Shown here: positions 51,411 through 64,000 of the stretch, piece by piece | Position numbering within the stretch: the first letter of the stretch is position 1 | Layout of the letters: every line of letters begins with the position of its first letter | Assembly (NCBI GenBank): GCA_023920165.1 | Contig: CP089278.1 | Coordinates: forward strand, 1,798,001-1,862,000 | Direction of reading: 5' to 3' | DNA length: 64,000 nucleotides | From: Curvularia clavata | Lineage: Eukaryota | Program-made: the position numbers and the translations under genes | The notes under the pieces: generated by a model | What the model saw: only the letters and a program-made list of their open reading frames with translations | What the model was told of the DNA's origin: nothing | Databases searched by the model: none

Positions 51411-54020
51411 ATGGACCGAGTACGACCGCAACCTGCACTTCATGCAGACTGCCGTCGCATGTCGGTATTCACAGAGGTCGGACTGGTTGACGAGCACAAG
51501 ATCCAGGAGGAGCGGAGCCCGGTGCGCGCACATGGCGAGACGCTGAAGAGCCTACGACCCGTCAAAGTTTTGAGGTTTAGAAGCCAGAATGACATCTTTG
51601 ACCAAAGAGAAGAAAAGGTGGATGATGACGAAGACGAATGGGAGTCGGTGGATGACGAAGAAGAAACAAACGACTCGATGCCTACTATGATCACCCCGGC
51701 GACACAAGCATTGATGGCCACGAGACTCTACCGATTAGGCCTGTTGAGCCTTTTGCTAGCTTTGATGCTACCAATTTTGCAGCTCAATCCACTCAAACAC
51801 GTTGGCGTCGGAGCCAGCGCCGTTCCAGCGAATTCAGTTCAAGCTAACGTCGAACACTCCGTGCTCGTGCGGCGAGAGGACAGCCCTACTGATGCGTGTA
51901 GGCGATGGAGCGGCCAGAGCGCAATTGTCAACGGCACGTTGTACATGTACGGTTTCCGCAGGACTACCGAGGCTCAACAGAAGGACAACACATGGAGTAT
52001 GTTTTTTTGTTTTTTTTTTAAAAAAAAAAGAAAAAATCCTTATTCTTGCTGTCTCTGGCATATGCGAACATTGCTAACTCGCAATAGATAACGATTTTCT
52101 TACCCTCGATCTTACAGAGTCCTGGCAGATTAGCTCCCCCGCGCTTAAAGGCCTTCCAAAGCCTAACGGACCACCTGCTGTTTCCCTAGGACAGCTTTGG
52201 TCATCTTTCGATTCATTGTGGCTGTATGGTGGCCAGTTTTCTGACAGTCCCATAGTAGAAGCAGGAAACAACTCAGTGTGGGAATACAACATCGCCAGCC
52301 AGCAATGGATTGAACATCCAAGCCCCAAAACCTCGGATGGAGACAAAGCTGAGGCTGCAGGACAACCAGTGCAGCGCGTTGCCGAAGGCGCTGGTCTCAC
52401 TGTAAGCACGTTAGGCAGGGGATTCTATTTCGCAGGCCACTTGGATTTTCTTACGACTGAAGGATGGAGTAATCAAATTGCAAGGGTCTACTTGAAGAGT
52501 TTGCTGGAGTTCACTTTCCCCGGAAGGACCAATGATGATGTCAAATCTTTGGGTGACGGGAAGACCGCTGGATCTGACGGCGTGTACCGCAACGTCACCT
52601 ACGGTGGACTGCAAAACACAGCATCGTTCCCCGAGCGCGCCGATAGTGCTCTCGTGTACGTCCCTGGCTTCGGCAAGGAAGGCTTGTTGATTGGTATCAC
52701 CGGTGGTGATAATGCTACTTTTGTAAGTCCAATCATGTAACGACTTGGTGGTGGTGGCGGTGATGGTGGTCGTGTAAAACGCTAATAGCATATAGACGCA
52801 AATGAACACCATCGATGTCTACGACATTGCCACGTCGACATGGTACAAGCAAAGCACTTCAGGTAACACACCTGAATATCGCGTTAACCCCTGTACTGTT
52901 GTTGCGGCGGCTGCAGAGTGAGCTAGTCCATTGGTATTACCTTGATCCTTTTGCTAATATCTGTTTTAGCGGCTCATCCTACAACATTTACATGTTCGCT
53001 GGTCAGGACCTAACACCACCTGGGAATCAGAAACAGCGAGACGACATGTGGATTCTGTCTGTCCCTTCTTTTACGTGGATCGAGGTTGATCAAGGTACGG
53101 CAAAGGCGAGTATTCCACCACCCCGTGCCGGACACCTGTGTCACGCCTGGGACGCACAAATGATTGTCCTGGGAGGTTACAACACGAATCTTGGATGTGA
53201 CACGCCCGGTATCTATGTCTTCAACATGAGCAGCCTTAGTTGGAGCGATCAATTCACCGCTGTGACAGCAAAGAATGCACTACAAAGATACAGCAAGAAC
53301 GACAAAGGCAGCACTGGTAATCCGCTGGCGCAACAAATTAATCAGCGAGGTTTTGGAGTCGATGCAGGCGTGCCGGGGTCATATGGCTATGCCGTTCCTG
53401 AAGCGGTTCAGAAGGTCATTGGAGGTGGTCCCACAGGAGGCGCAACACTCACCGCACCGCGTCAGACCGCCACACAAGGTCCCCTCGCAACCGGCAAACC
53501 ACAAACCTACACAGTGACGGGCCCGGATGGTGCAACCATTACCAATGTGATCAACGGAAACCCCTCTGCTGCGCGTGATGACGGTCCAAACGTCGGTGCC
53601 ATTATTGCAGGCGTCATTGCTGGAGTCTTCTTCATTGTAGCCGCGTACTTTGCCTTCTGCGCCTGGATTTACCGCCGCCAAGTCAAAATCTGGAAACAAC
53701 ACGCTGCCGCCATGCAAACACGTGCCAATAACGACAAAAATGGCACGTACACCTCCTCATCTGGAAAGCTGAGCTCAGATCGTCCACACGGGACTGCGGG
53801 CGGAAGCAGTCACGGTGGTGCGGCCGCCGGATCCTTCGATATCAGAAGGAACAGCGGCGATGATATGGCATACGGCGGACCGGGAGCCGAGTGGGGAAGA
53901 AGAAACAGCGAGGGCAGCGTTGTAGATGGGCTGTTGGACGGACAAGAACCCACGTTCTGGGGTGCAAGAGGTGTCTTGCTGAACCCGAGGAGGAGTCTGA
54001 GGGTCATCAATCGCGATTAG
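51411..54020 (+). CDS. Kelch-repeat single-pass membrane/cell-surface protein
   Basis: Hydrophobic segment LGLLSLLLALMLPIL, kelch-like GG/W repeats (LWLYGG, DMWILSVPSFTW, QMIVLGG), TM GAIIAGVIAGVFFIVAAYFAF, tail LLNPRRSLRVINRD; three introns. Confidence 0.85.
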
Positions 54021-54064
54021 AGCTGATGCCGTCTCACGGAGAGACTGACATCTATCTATCTCTT

Positions 54065-54068
<4 letters not shown>

Positions 54069-54100
<32 letters not shown>
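54069..54100. repeat. (TC)16 microsatellite in the 3' flank of the kelch gene
   Basis: Perfect dinucleotide run. Confidence 0.95.
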
Positions 54101-54105
<5 letters not shown>

Positions 54106-54498
54106 AAAATTACGATTCCCATTGTTCTCTCAATGTATGGCTCCCTCTCCTAGGGGTTATTTGGATACCTCAATAATGGTAATGATAGATAGGCGCAAGA
54201 CGGTGAATGAAGGGCTAGGTATGCATGACGCTTGTAACGCGGATGAATGTTAATGACAAATTACTCATGGGGATTTTCATTATTCACCACACTTAGCTCC
54301 TTCGGTGTGTGAAGTCAAGAATGTGTGTTTGTGGAATGTTTTTGGGCATCTATAACAATAAAAATCAAACATTGGCTTTGACAAATTCTATCACAGGACT
54401 GGATCGCAACTTCGACATGGGGTATAGCAGGCGTGGTTTTTGAATTTGTAGTAAATGTTGCCTTAATCTTTCTTCCTACACATACATCACGAGATTCC

Positions 54499-56983
54499 CT
54501 ATGGATTGAGATCGCGGTTGATGTTATACTGTCGATATCCAAACCCGTCCATTGTCACCCAATGGCCCAAAGCCTCAAGCTCACCCCATATATGTGGGTA
54601 TCGCTGCTTGATCCATGCCTCGACGCGCGCCTGCTTTTCGCTGTTGGCGGTACAGTTGAACCAGCTACCTAGACTGTGTATTTATTAGCATGGGTGATAA
54701 AAGGGACCGTCAAGTGCCAACATACATTTGCAGATCCAAAGCAAAGCCATACTCTTCCTCCACTGTCTCTATGAGCGCCATAGCCTCGTCGTGGTTGTGG
54801 TTTCGTGCAATAGCGCACATGTAAGCTGTCCACAGTGTCTTGTCAATTTCAATATCTTGCTCTTTTAGACGCGTCCAAATGGACCTGGCGTGTTCAGAGC
54901 CAAGATGCATTCCCTCACAAGCTCTAAAGGCGATAAGGATGCTGCTGTATGAAGGACCCTCTTTCGAGTCGCAAATCTCTCTCCAGAACCGCATTGCCTT
55001 TCGGTTCTCTCCCGTGGCAGCATAGGCGAGCATCAAAGCATTGCGTAGCTTTGTGTCCATATCTACGTTAAGATCTAGCTTCAGCTGGTTGTGCGCCAGT
55101 TCTAGCGATTCAGCATCGGCGCAACGGGCAAAACCGATAAATGCTGCAACGTAGACTTCTTTTGTAGCTGTGTGGGTTGGGCTAATATGATTGCGCATGT
55201 GGAAGAAAACGTGGCAAGCCATGTCCGAACGGTTCCTATCGAAGAAGTTGTTCATAATTGGTATCCGGTCTTCGCGGGGTGTTTCAGTAAAGACATTACG
55301 TAGAATTTGATAACCATCCCAGGCATCTGCTGTGCTGGTTTCGCCATCGAGTATGAAGACAGAAAGTGCTTTTCGGATAATCTTTCGCTGAGCTGGTGAG
55401 TATTGGTGTGCATGCACCTGCAAAAGGTCCATTGCATCCGGGATCTCGCCCCTCCGAAGATGCAAAAGAGTTATAGCCGCGACCGTTTCGGGGGCGAAGT
55501 TGGCCTTGCGCTCGTGTAGGTCGTCTACCATGGCCATCAACTCATCAAAATGGTTCTGCTTGGAGATACATAAGGCTTGTATGAGCTGATTTACGGCTGA
55601 GACACTACTGTCGGCGCCGGAGAAGCAGCCCTGGAGATTGAAGTAGGCAGCCCTCGCTCCATCGAGGTCTCCGACAGAAATGCGATACATGATCTGCATT
55701 GTGTAGGTTGTTTCATCGGGGATGATACCACGATTCTCACCAAGAACGATATATCGTTCAGCAGAGTATGGATCAGATTTTGATATGCAGTGTTCTACCA
55801 ATGCGTTGATGGTCTCGATATCCGGGCGGATGACTGGGACCGCGGGGTCTTTTCGACGCACTTCGTTGTTGCGACGGATCAGCACATCCATCATGCGATT
55901 GATCTCGTCTGGACCTTTGCCGATGGCCACAGACCACAGAAAGACGGCGTCCCAAACTTCTTTGGAAGGCATTTCCTCCTTGAGCATAGCAGCTACTACC
56001 TGTTGGCCAAAAGCTAGATCACCCTTTAGAGCACAAGTCCTGAGTAATACAGAGCTCGTCTTCCCAGAGGGTGTAACTGGGTCACCATTTGTGGATACAA
56101 CCGTTTGATGGTACCAGAATTTGGCTTTTGCGAGATCATTTCGGTCTCCATAGTATGAGACTAGCATGTGTTGCATTGGGATGGTCAGGGGAACTGGTAG
56201 ACCCTGCAAAGTTTCCAAAGTCTTTGCGATCGCTGCTGAATCATTCTCACGGAGAATGCCTTCGAGGACAGTCTCCCATGCCTGAAAAGAAGCAAGTCGT
56301 ATGGGGCCGGGAGTTTTGACATCGTAAACGAAGGAGTTGACGGCGACTTGCATTGCCTCGACAGCATCGCCAGAAACAGATAGCAATCGAACTTGCAAAA
56401 GCTTGGTGTACATGTCGAACGGGATATCGAGTTTCTTCCAATGTGTGTTGCCATCCTCGCCTTGGTCAGATTTTGCAAGCTCGTCGACGAGTAGCTGGCC
56501 GAACGGGCGGTGATACTCGCCGACCACTTCCGGCCGCTTTTTCAGCAGCTGGTCTAGAATTGCCTCCAAGTCTTTCCCGGTGAGCCAGGGTTGCCCATTA
56601 TCCTGGGGCGTTTCCAGCAGATACTGGAGTGCATAGTAGGCACTCGCCACATGGAAACTCTCAAATTTGCCTTTGTGTAGGGCGAAAAAGTCCTTGATAG
56701 CTTTGGCAACCTCGGCGGGTTTGGGTGGACGGATGGCATTCTCTTTTGCGAATGCGACTTCAGTCAACTTCTCCAAGCCAGCGGGTGTCTCGGCAGGCTT
56801 CAGCTTCCTCTGCTGCTTGAAGAGATTACCGAAGAATGTGCGTCGCGGCGTGTAGGGGAGGGACCGGGCGCCATACTGGCCATGTGTACGGGGTCGAATA
56901 GGTCGATAGCGACATCCTCGATATAGCAGCGGCTCGTTGGCGATGAGATTGCGAAAGACAATGCGGGTCAATTGAGAAGGCAT
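54499..56983 (-). CDS. cia84: Complex I intermediate-associated protein 84 (PPR-like mitochondrial protein)
   Basis: Presequence-like MPSQLTRIVFRNLIANEPL...RRTFF, PPR-like helical repeats (PDIETINALV, PDETTY); terminal exon after an intron near 54726-54673 ends NINRDLNP*. Confidence 0.8.
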
Positions 56984-57243
56984 GGTGGCGACTAGGTAGA
57001 TGAAGTCTCCATGGAGCCAGCAGGAACACACGAGAAATATGTACACACGAAGAAGACGAGGCGAAAGTGCCCGCGGCAAGTGGGCGGGGGGCAAATGGTG
57101 AGGGGATGATGGCGACGAGTCTTTGGCGTGGTGAAATCATATGACGCTAAGAAAGTCAACCTCCGACCGCCGACGAGGGCCGCATGTCGAAAAGTCACGA
57201 CAGCGACGGCGACAACACAGCGACTGCAGAACCGCCGGCCAAC

Positions 57244-58034
57244 ATGTCTCTGATGCGCCTCCCATTTAGACCTGCGCTGTCCATGGGGAGGACCTGCATG
57301 CGCTGCTTCTCCTCGGGCCCGCAGAAGCAAGGTGCGTTCTCAATTCCGATTCCAACGCACATGTCCATTCCAATTCCTGCACTATCATTACTACCACCAC
57401 CTGCCTGTCGCCCTCTCAGCAAGCTCCCTCTAACACAATACGTCTAGACGACCTCCTCTCCATCCTCGGTAACAGTGCCGCCGCCCGTCATCCCTCCAAT
57501 ACCCCCTCAACCACCACTCAACAGCGCCCGGGCGAATCTGCCGCCCTGCGTTTTGCCCGCGGTGTAGGTCTTGACCGCGCAACCTCGAGTCCGAACCGCG
57601 AGCTTGTCGAATCAGAGCGACTCTCCCAGTATCAGCGACAGATATACCGGAAATGGCAACCCGGCGATGTGTATGCGCCGCACGACTTGAGCGGAACCGA
57701 GCAGAAGAAGTGGAAGCAAGGGCGCAAGAAGCCACAGCAGGATGCCTTCGACGTCTTGGGAATTAACCCAGTTTTGGAGTACAAGGTACGTTGGAGTTGC
57801 GGACAAGAGGCGAGGGCTGCAAACGGCTAACCGTGCGGCTAGAACTTCACAATGATGTCCGAATACATGACTGAGATGGGCCGGATAAAGCATTCGCGGG
57901 ATACCGGACTGCGACCAAAGAACCAGAGGAAGATTGCAAAGGCGATACGGAGGGCAGTTGGTCTAGGTTTGATGCCCAGTGTGCACAGACATCCACTGGT
58001 GCTGAAGAAGAGTAGTCCCGCAAGATTCTTGTAG
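57244..58034 (+). CDS. RSM18: Mitochondrial small-subunit ribosomal protein bS18m
   Basis: Presequence MSLMRLPFRP...RCFSS, then VYAPHDLS, NPVLEYKNFTMMSEYMTEMGRIKHSRDTGLRPKNQRKIAKAIRRAVGLGLMPSVHRHP; two introns. Confidence 0.93.
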
Positions 58035-58116
58035 GAAACGCTATGAGCTGTACAATACGACTAACAATTCGACCATATTCACATTCATATAACAATACGA
58101 CTGCTACATTTATAAC

Positions 58117-59654
58117 CTAGTGATGGGTCGCATTGCCTTTCTCCGCAATCCACTGCTCAATCATGACCTGCTGTGCCTTGACAATTTCCATGGCATGATC
58201 TTGATCGAATACATCATACCACCCAGGCGCTTCATGAGGCGGATCGCCCGCCCACACCATACCGAACTCATTAGCTTGCTGCGTCTCTGGACGATAAACA
58301 CCGCCATACGCCCACGGACACGTGCCCACATACGCACCACCATTCCTAAACTCATCCATGACCGTCCCAATGATCGTTGTAAAATACGCGTCCTTGTGCG
58401 TCGTTGACGCGCTGCTGAGATACGGATACTCTTTATTTTTATTGAGCCAGTTATCCCGTGCCATGCCAAACTCCTCGAGGAAAACCGGCTTGCCAATGTC
58501 CATGGCCCAACGGCTCGAGTTCTTCATGAAGTCGCGCGCAAAGTCCTGCGAAGCCTTGAGATTGGCGTCACTGGCGTTGTACATGTCGTAGACTCCCCAG
58601 TTTTGCACCCAGCAGTGCGTCGTGGCGTAGGAGACGGTTGAGAAGTTGTGCACCCGCTTGAAGTAGTATTCACCTTGCTTGGACTCGAGTCCGACGCTGA
58701 TGAGCTGGTGCGACGACATGGAGTGGATGTAGCTGGAAATGCGGTCTACCCATGGAAATAGGAGGTCATTTGGATTCGGCTCCAGGAAGATGCTGTATGG
58801 GCCTGTGTAGCCGAGTTGGTCAGACGGTTGGGGTTCGTTGGCTAGCTGCCATGTCATGATGGTAGGATCTTCTGTGTAGAGTTTCCCTGTGACCGTGTTT
58901 CGCCGGTTCATGACTGTTTTGATATGGTCCTTGTACCATTGCTCTGCTTGTGTGTTGTTATAAATCAGATTGGCATATGCAGTAAACTCGCTATAGGGAG
59001 CAGCATCGACACCTTCTTGGGTGTAATCCCCCCATCCTGTGCCAGGTATTTCGCGCTGCGGCGGCGCTGTCAGATTCCAACTCGAGGGATACGGGATCTT
59101 GGTGTTGTTTGTCGCCCATGAGACATACTGCGCAAAGCCTCCGCTCCATTGCCACTCGTTATTCAGTGTCATCGTAGCACGCATCCCGCGTTTGGACATC
59201 TCAGCGAGACAGATATCGAGACCTTTGAAGATTTCCTCGTTGTACTCGCCGGGTGCTTCTTGGAGAGCTGGTGTCATCCGGAAAGGCTGGGGCGTTGGTG
59301 CGCCTTCTGAAGAGGCCATGATACGCAAGTGATTGACTCCATGGGCTGCCATTTGATCCAACTCTGTCACAAGGCGCGAGTAGTTACCACCTGCCGATTC
59401 ACTTGCTGCGAGATTCATGCATGCCCAGTAGTTCATTCCTAGAACACTGTTAGAGCATTCCTCTTTCGTCCATGAAAGAAAAACACCATCTTACCTGTGA
59501 GATAGTAGAGACCATCTTTATTGTACAATCTCGTCCCATTAACATAAACAAAATCCCCGTCGGAGATTGCATGCTCATTGGAACCGTGGTCGTTCCTGGG
59601 AAGCACTGACCCTGCAGCCAGTGAGGCCAAAAGCAGCTGCAACGAAGTCTTCAT
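58117..59654 (-). CDS. Secreted glycoside hydrolase family 5 beta-mannanase/mannosidase
   Basis: Signal peptide MKTSLQLLLASLAAGS, GMNYW, acid/base motif WQLANEP, nucleophile LEEFG and GDPPHE; one intron near 59494-59440. Confidence 0.92.
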
Positions 59655-60245
59655 CTTCACAATCTGCGAACGGGAGCTGCGCACTTGACCAGCGCACTTG
59701 CAAGGACATTGACTGACGCTTTATAGGGCATGCATTGACAAATTCCATCAAGTGCAGTGCAGCCAATCCAATTCGGGCAGGCGACTGATACCACGACAAC
59801 GGTCTGTTGACATCATATGCGGAGAAAGATGGTCCGAGTTGTCAGTGGGTAATGTCCGTTCCGTCCATAACATTGCCTGTATTCAAGACATTGTAGCAGT
59901 TGTTCCGCAGAGTTCCTGCAGTGACATAAGGCGGGGATGCGCTTTTGGCTACGGAGGGTGGAGCCCCGTCCTAGGGTTGCAGTAGTGCTATGGGGTGAAC
60001 ATGGGGTGAGTACGGTTACACGCTCGGATGCGTCTATCCGCGTCACACCTAGCGTCGTCAACATACCAGATACAACTGTCAATGTGCGATGCAAGGCTGG
60101 TCTTGAATTGCTCCTTGGTGTCATTCCAGGAGAATTCTAGACACCCCACACGTACGTAACATCGTCCTAGATCTTTATACGGGCGTCCTTCCGTCGTTAT
60201 ACCCCAAATACATCCACATCACGTGTCACCTCGAACTCACCCTCC

Positions 60246-61953
60246 TTATACAGTCTGAGCCAATCGCCTTTCCATAAAGGCGTCAAGGAATCGCAGGCTC
60301 TCCTCAATGTTCGGAGCCAGCAACGATTTGCCAGCTGTCATAGGAAGTCTCTCAGGTGCCGGGAAGGAGAGATAACCCTTGGACCGCATGCGATGGGCGG
60401 TGCGGAAAAGCTGGAGTCAGCTTCTTAGTAAATTCGAACAGTCAAAAGTATAAATCCGGGTGGCAACGGAAACAACACATACCCTCAGACGCTTCAAGAT
60501 GGCATCGATGCTACGCGATATATCCGCCACATTGCCATCATACACTAAGTCACTCAGCCGGCTTCGAAACGAGTGCTTCCTCAATGCATGGCACAATTCT
60601 CTTTGTCTCTTCGGCACATTCCGCTCCTGATCCCTCGGCAGAAGATATTGCTCGATGCCCAGAAACGCATCCAGTGCCTGAAATAATAGTACTTGGTTGC
60701 CGCTGAGTCCGTCGTACTTCTCCCACTGGTTCTTGTCAGCGTCGAAATGGCCAATTCCCCAGGCGTAGAAGCCCTGGATTCTAGACAGCCAGATGGATTG
60801 TGCAATCACTTTGCTATGCATGTTTTCTAGGTATTTCCCTGTCACAAGCCGCAGTTGAGATGCAACGCTAGCGACGTGTTTGGCACAAGCAGCTGTGTCG
60901 CCATGTGAGAAAGCGACAACAGCACAAACCATGTCGCAGTAGATGGGCACGCCTAGGATCTCGACGTCGTAGAAGATGCGTGCAAATGCCACTTCGGCAG
61001 CCAGTAATTCTGGCGCCATGCCAGCGTTGATCTCGTACATGTACTCCCCTTTTGTATTGAACTTGAGGACAATGTTACTTGCTGTGGTTTGAAAGTCAGT
61101 ACGTCTGTTCACATGAAATACGTATGTTGCTACAAGGGGTACAAGGATATACTCACTATTGTTTCCAGCTTCCGAGGCACAGCCAAAGTGTTGCTGCATC
61201 AGTGTCCATGGCTCGGTCAACTCCTCGGGGAGGTTGACTTCCTTCTCCAGCTGAGCAACTTTCACTACTGGGATAGTAGCCCACCTGTATGCATGTCGAC
61301 TGGATGCAATGCAGCAGTAAAAGGCGTTGTACACGTCACGTGTTAATCCAGTCCATCGCCCTGTGTCGGCTGCTTTCAGAAGCTAGAGGAGCAGTTAGTT
61401 GATGGTATAAATGTCTATATAAACTGCTTACCTGGATCACTTCGACCAGATTCACACGCTCACGAAGCGAATCGCGAAACCGCTGCCTGAACACCAAGAT
61501 ACGCTTAATGTTTTCCTGTTCATTAAGAGAGGGCGTCTGTCGAGGCAAAAGGGGTGCCATTTCCAAGTAGATGTCCATGTATGGTCGAAAGGCCGGAGGC
61601 CAGACCGGCGTGTCATGGTTTGCATTTGGGGGCCATGACCCTGCACCATCTTCTTGGATCAATTCGTACAGGATCTCGCCAAGTTCGTGCTGCTCTGCAA
61701 GTGCTTCGATATCCTTGACTTTTTTGTTTCGTGTACTAATCGGATTAGGTTGTTCCAGCCAGGCGGCAATGCCTAACCATTCAAATCTGTTATACCAGGA
61801 CGCAGCAACGGTGACAATGGTTCCAAGTTCAGACACGGCCGATCTTTTGATCCAGTTCAAGGCTCTACATACTGGGTAGGTGAATGATGGCTCAGCAAGT
61901 CCTGCAGCTACAAAAAAGATGATATTCAAGACAAAGAATGTGAGGAGTATCAT
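60246..61953 (-). CDS. Indoleamine 2,3-dioxygenase/PrnB-like heme-dependent enzyme
   Basis: Four exons; HAYRW, GLSGNQ..FQALDAFLG and FRTAHR (candidate proximal His) resemble IDO-fold motifs; ends MERRLAQTV*. The family assignment is from memory of motifs. Confidence 0.65.
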
Positions 61954-62442
61954 TTTGTGGAAGAGTCAAAGCACAAAAAGAGAGGGACTAAAGAACACAA
62001 GCATGTATAACCATGTTCAACGCATTGGATGGTTTAGCGCATTCACCGTGTTTATCGCATAGTGCCTATAAATATCTAGGTATCGATTACGGATTTCCTG
62101 CTGGTTCAAGCCTCCATGTTCAGGCTTACTTGCAATAGTGGCCATGAATGGAAGGTCAGAGCAGCCAAGGCGTTAGTGCAATATATAATGGGGGCGAGAA
62201 TCCAATCAGGCAAAGTCGATTACCGAAGCCGGGTGAAAGCTACAGGGTGCTCATGTATCATTTAAGCCTACAACAGCTAGCATAAAGCCACCCATTAAAG
62301 CCTTATTCCATGTGCGATATCGCATGGAAGCATTCAACCGTAGGAAGATTAGGAACAAATCACCGTTGAGCACAAGAGCATATGGTAATTGTAACAGAGT
62401 TATGCACGATTTTGTCTATTCAAATTTCAGGTACAGGTACTC

Positions 62443-63163
62443 TCAGAGGCTTCCCTCTTGCCTTTTCAAACGCTCAAAAAGCTGGACAAAGGCAGCTGGT
62501 TCTTGAGCCCCGCCCAGTTCATACTGATCGTTGATTGTAAAATGCGGGACACCAGTAATGTGCTGCTGTCTGGCCTGAAGCACCTCCTTGTCAACTTCCG
62601 CTCCACCTTTGCCCGATTCGAGCCATTCCTTTATCTCTTTCTCGTCCAGCCCAGCTTTGACACCGGCCTCCGTAAGTACTTCCTGGGTCGTAATGTCTTT
62701 TTCGTTTTCAAAGTAGGCAGCGAAGAGTTCCTCAATCACACGCGTTTGCATCTGGCTTCCCTTGGTCTTCGCCAGCTGCACAAGGCGATGGGAGTCACGT
62801 GTGTTCCCGGTGTTGCCGCCATATTTAAAGTTGATGCCTTCGGCTTTTCCAATTTCTGAAAGGCGCTCTTGCATCATTGCTGTGCGCTCTTTGCCAAACT
62901 TAGACTCATATGCTTGCTGCTTGTTGATGCTCTTGCCTGCATCTGGGTTCAGGTAGAAGGGAAACCAAGATGTGGAAAAGGTGTCGTTTGAGTCAGGATG
63001 TTTCGCTTTGTAGGCCGCAATGCCCTGCTCAAGGCGCTTTTTGCCTACGTAGCACCATGCTGTAGGGAGTGTTCAGTCTCAAATACGCTTCCATACGCCA
63101 CAAATACACCAATGACTTACGGCACACGGTATCGCTAACGATGTTGACCTGGAAGTTGGTCAT
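62443..63163 (-). CDS. DsbA-like thioredoxin-fold protein (FrnE/HCCA isomerase type)
   Basis: MTNFQVNIVSDTVCP|WCYVGKKRL (CPWC split by an intron), PFYLNP, GNTRDSHRL, ITGVPHFTIN..GAQ. Confidence 0.92.
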
Positions 63164-63581
63164 ATTGCGCAGACTTGCTCGGAAAGCCACGGTGAAGTTT
63201 TGTATGACGTATACTGGTGCTGGAGTAATGTCATTGTTTCCGGCATCTCTAACTTATAACTAGATAGATGGCGAATTGAGCGGCGATCGTTGCTGACAAA
63301 TGACGTGGTTGTGTTTATCGTAGCCTGCGGAATTTTCCCTATTCCAGCAGATTCCGAGGTTCCGAGGTTACGTACAAGAGCTGTTGACCTCACCAGAAAC
63401 GCACTACCGCACAAACGCTCTTACTGTACGCATTTCATGATGCTGTGTACTTTGGCTATCTAGTATCATGGGATCATTTAATCAAATTTTGTAACAGAGT
63501 AGACCGGATGACCGTGAACGCCTCGCTATGCAGAGAAACAACTTTTGCTCAATTCAACTGAGCGCGCAGCAATCTTACTTT

Positions 63582-64000
63582 CTATTGCTGTGCTCGGTGC
63601 AACTCCTCACGGAATTTGGCCCCACGAACCAAGATCAACAACACTCCTGGTATGCAAAGCAAATCCATGATGCCCAGACCTGTAAATGCCCATCCCCATC
63701 CCATTCCCTGGAGGACGCGGCCCATAATAGCTGCGCAGATCGCGGCGGCCACGTTGCGGAGAAAGCCTCCGAGTGCCACCAGACTCGCAGTCTGAGTGGG
63801 ATCACATTCTGTTTGAAATGAGGTACTCGTCACAAAAACGACAGAGACACCGACGGCCGCAAGAGCTGAGCCCAAGAGACTTAGAGCTGGATGTGCGTGC
63901 TTGAGCGCGAACCAACCAAACATTATCTTTCCGGCTGCTGCAATGACGAACCCCGGAATTTGGATCGCAATTCGGCGTTCGGGTGCTACTTTTCCATCGG
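63582..64000 (-). CDS. MFS transporter (DHA1-like), 3' end only; continues beyond the window
   Basis: Open frame from the window edge: DGKVAPERRIAIQIPG...MFGW...GFLRNVAAAI...MGWGWAFTGLG...RGAKFRE, a typical C-terminal MFS pattern. Confidence 0.85.
   Translation of the reverse strand, partial: DGKVAPERRIAIQIPGFVIAAAGKIMFGWFALKHAHPALSLLGSALAAVGVSVVFVTSTSFQTECDPTQTASLVALGGFLRNVAAAICAAIMGRVLQGMGWGWAFTGLGIMDLLCIPGVLLILVRGAKFREELHRAQQ

Noticed and set aside
1..64000. Transposons, RIP-degraded AT-rich blocks, CRISPR arrays, rRNA, PKS/NRPS genes
   Set aside because: No transposase or reverse transcriptase motifs, long repeats, repeat-spacer arrays or megasynthase domains seen.

Overview
Eukaryotic, intron-containing, gene-dense DNA from a filamentous ascomycete. 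The GT..CTRAY..YAG introns of about 50-150 nt and the gene set suggest Dothideomycetes/Pleosporales (inference). About 25 spliced protein genes can be built by hand: CYP450, SDHAF1/Sdh6, Hsp30-type small HSP, Zn2Cys6 TF, Ina17-like protein, RAMP4/Ysy6, AP-3 delta, EMC2, a large low-complexity protein, CSC1/OSCA channel, PalF/Rim8, Pxr1, mevalonate kinase, dienelactone hydrolase, RFA1, quinone oxidoreductase, carnitine carrier, Reb1-like Myb protein, kelch membrane protein, CIA84, Rsm18, GH5 mannanase, IDO/PrnB-like heme enzyme, DsbA-like protein and a partial MFS transporter. There are also two tRNA-Ser genes. It is mostly a core housekeeping region with no transposon, CRISPR or obvious biosynthetic backbone gene. 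The most notable signals are: (1) tRNA-Ser(GCT) and tRNA-Ser(AGA) 9 nt apart with one Pol III terminator, a probable dicistronic precursor; (2) an upstream in-frame ATG adding a mitochondrial-presequence-like extension to the small HSP; (3) a CYP intron whose apparent acceptor is GG, not AG; (4) a 24-bp intergenic hairpin with strand-specific G-U pairs; and (5) several spliced uORF-like or degenerate units. Family calls come from recognised motifs; no database search was run.
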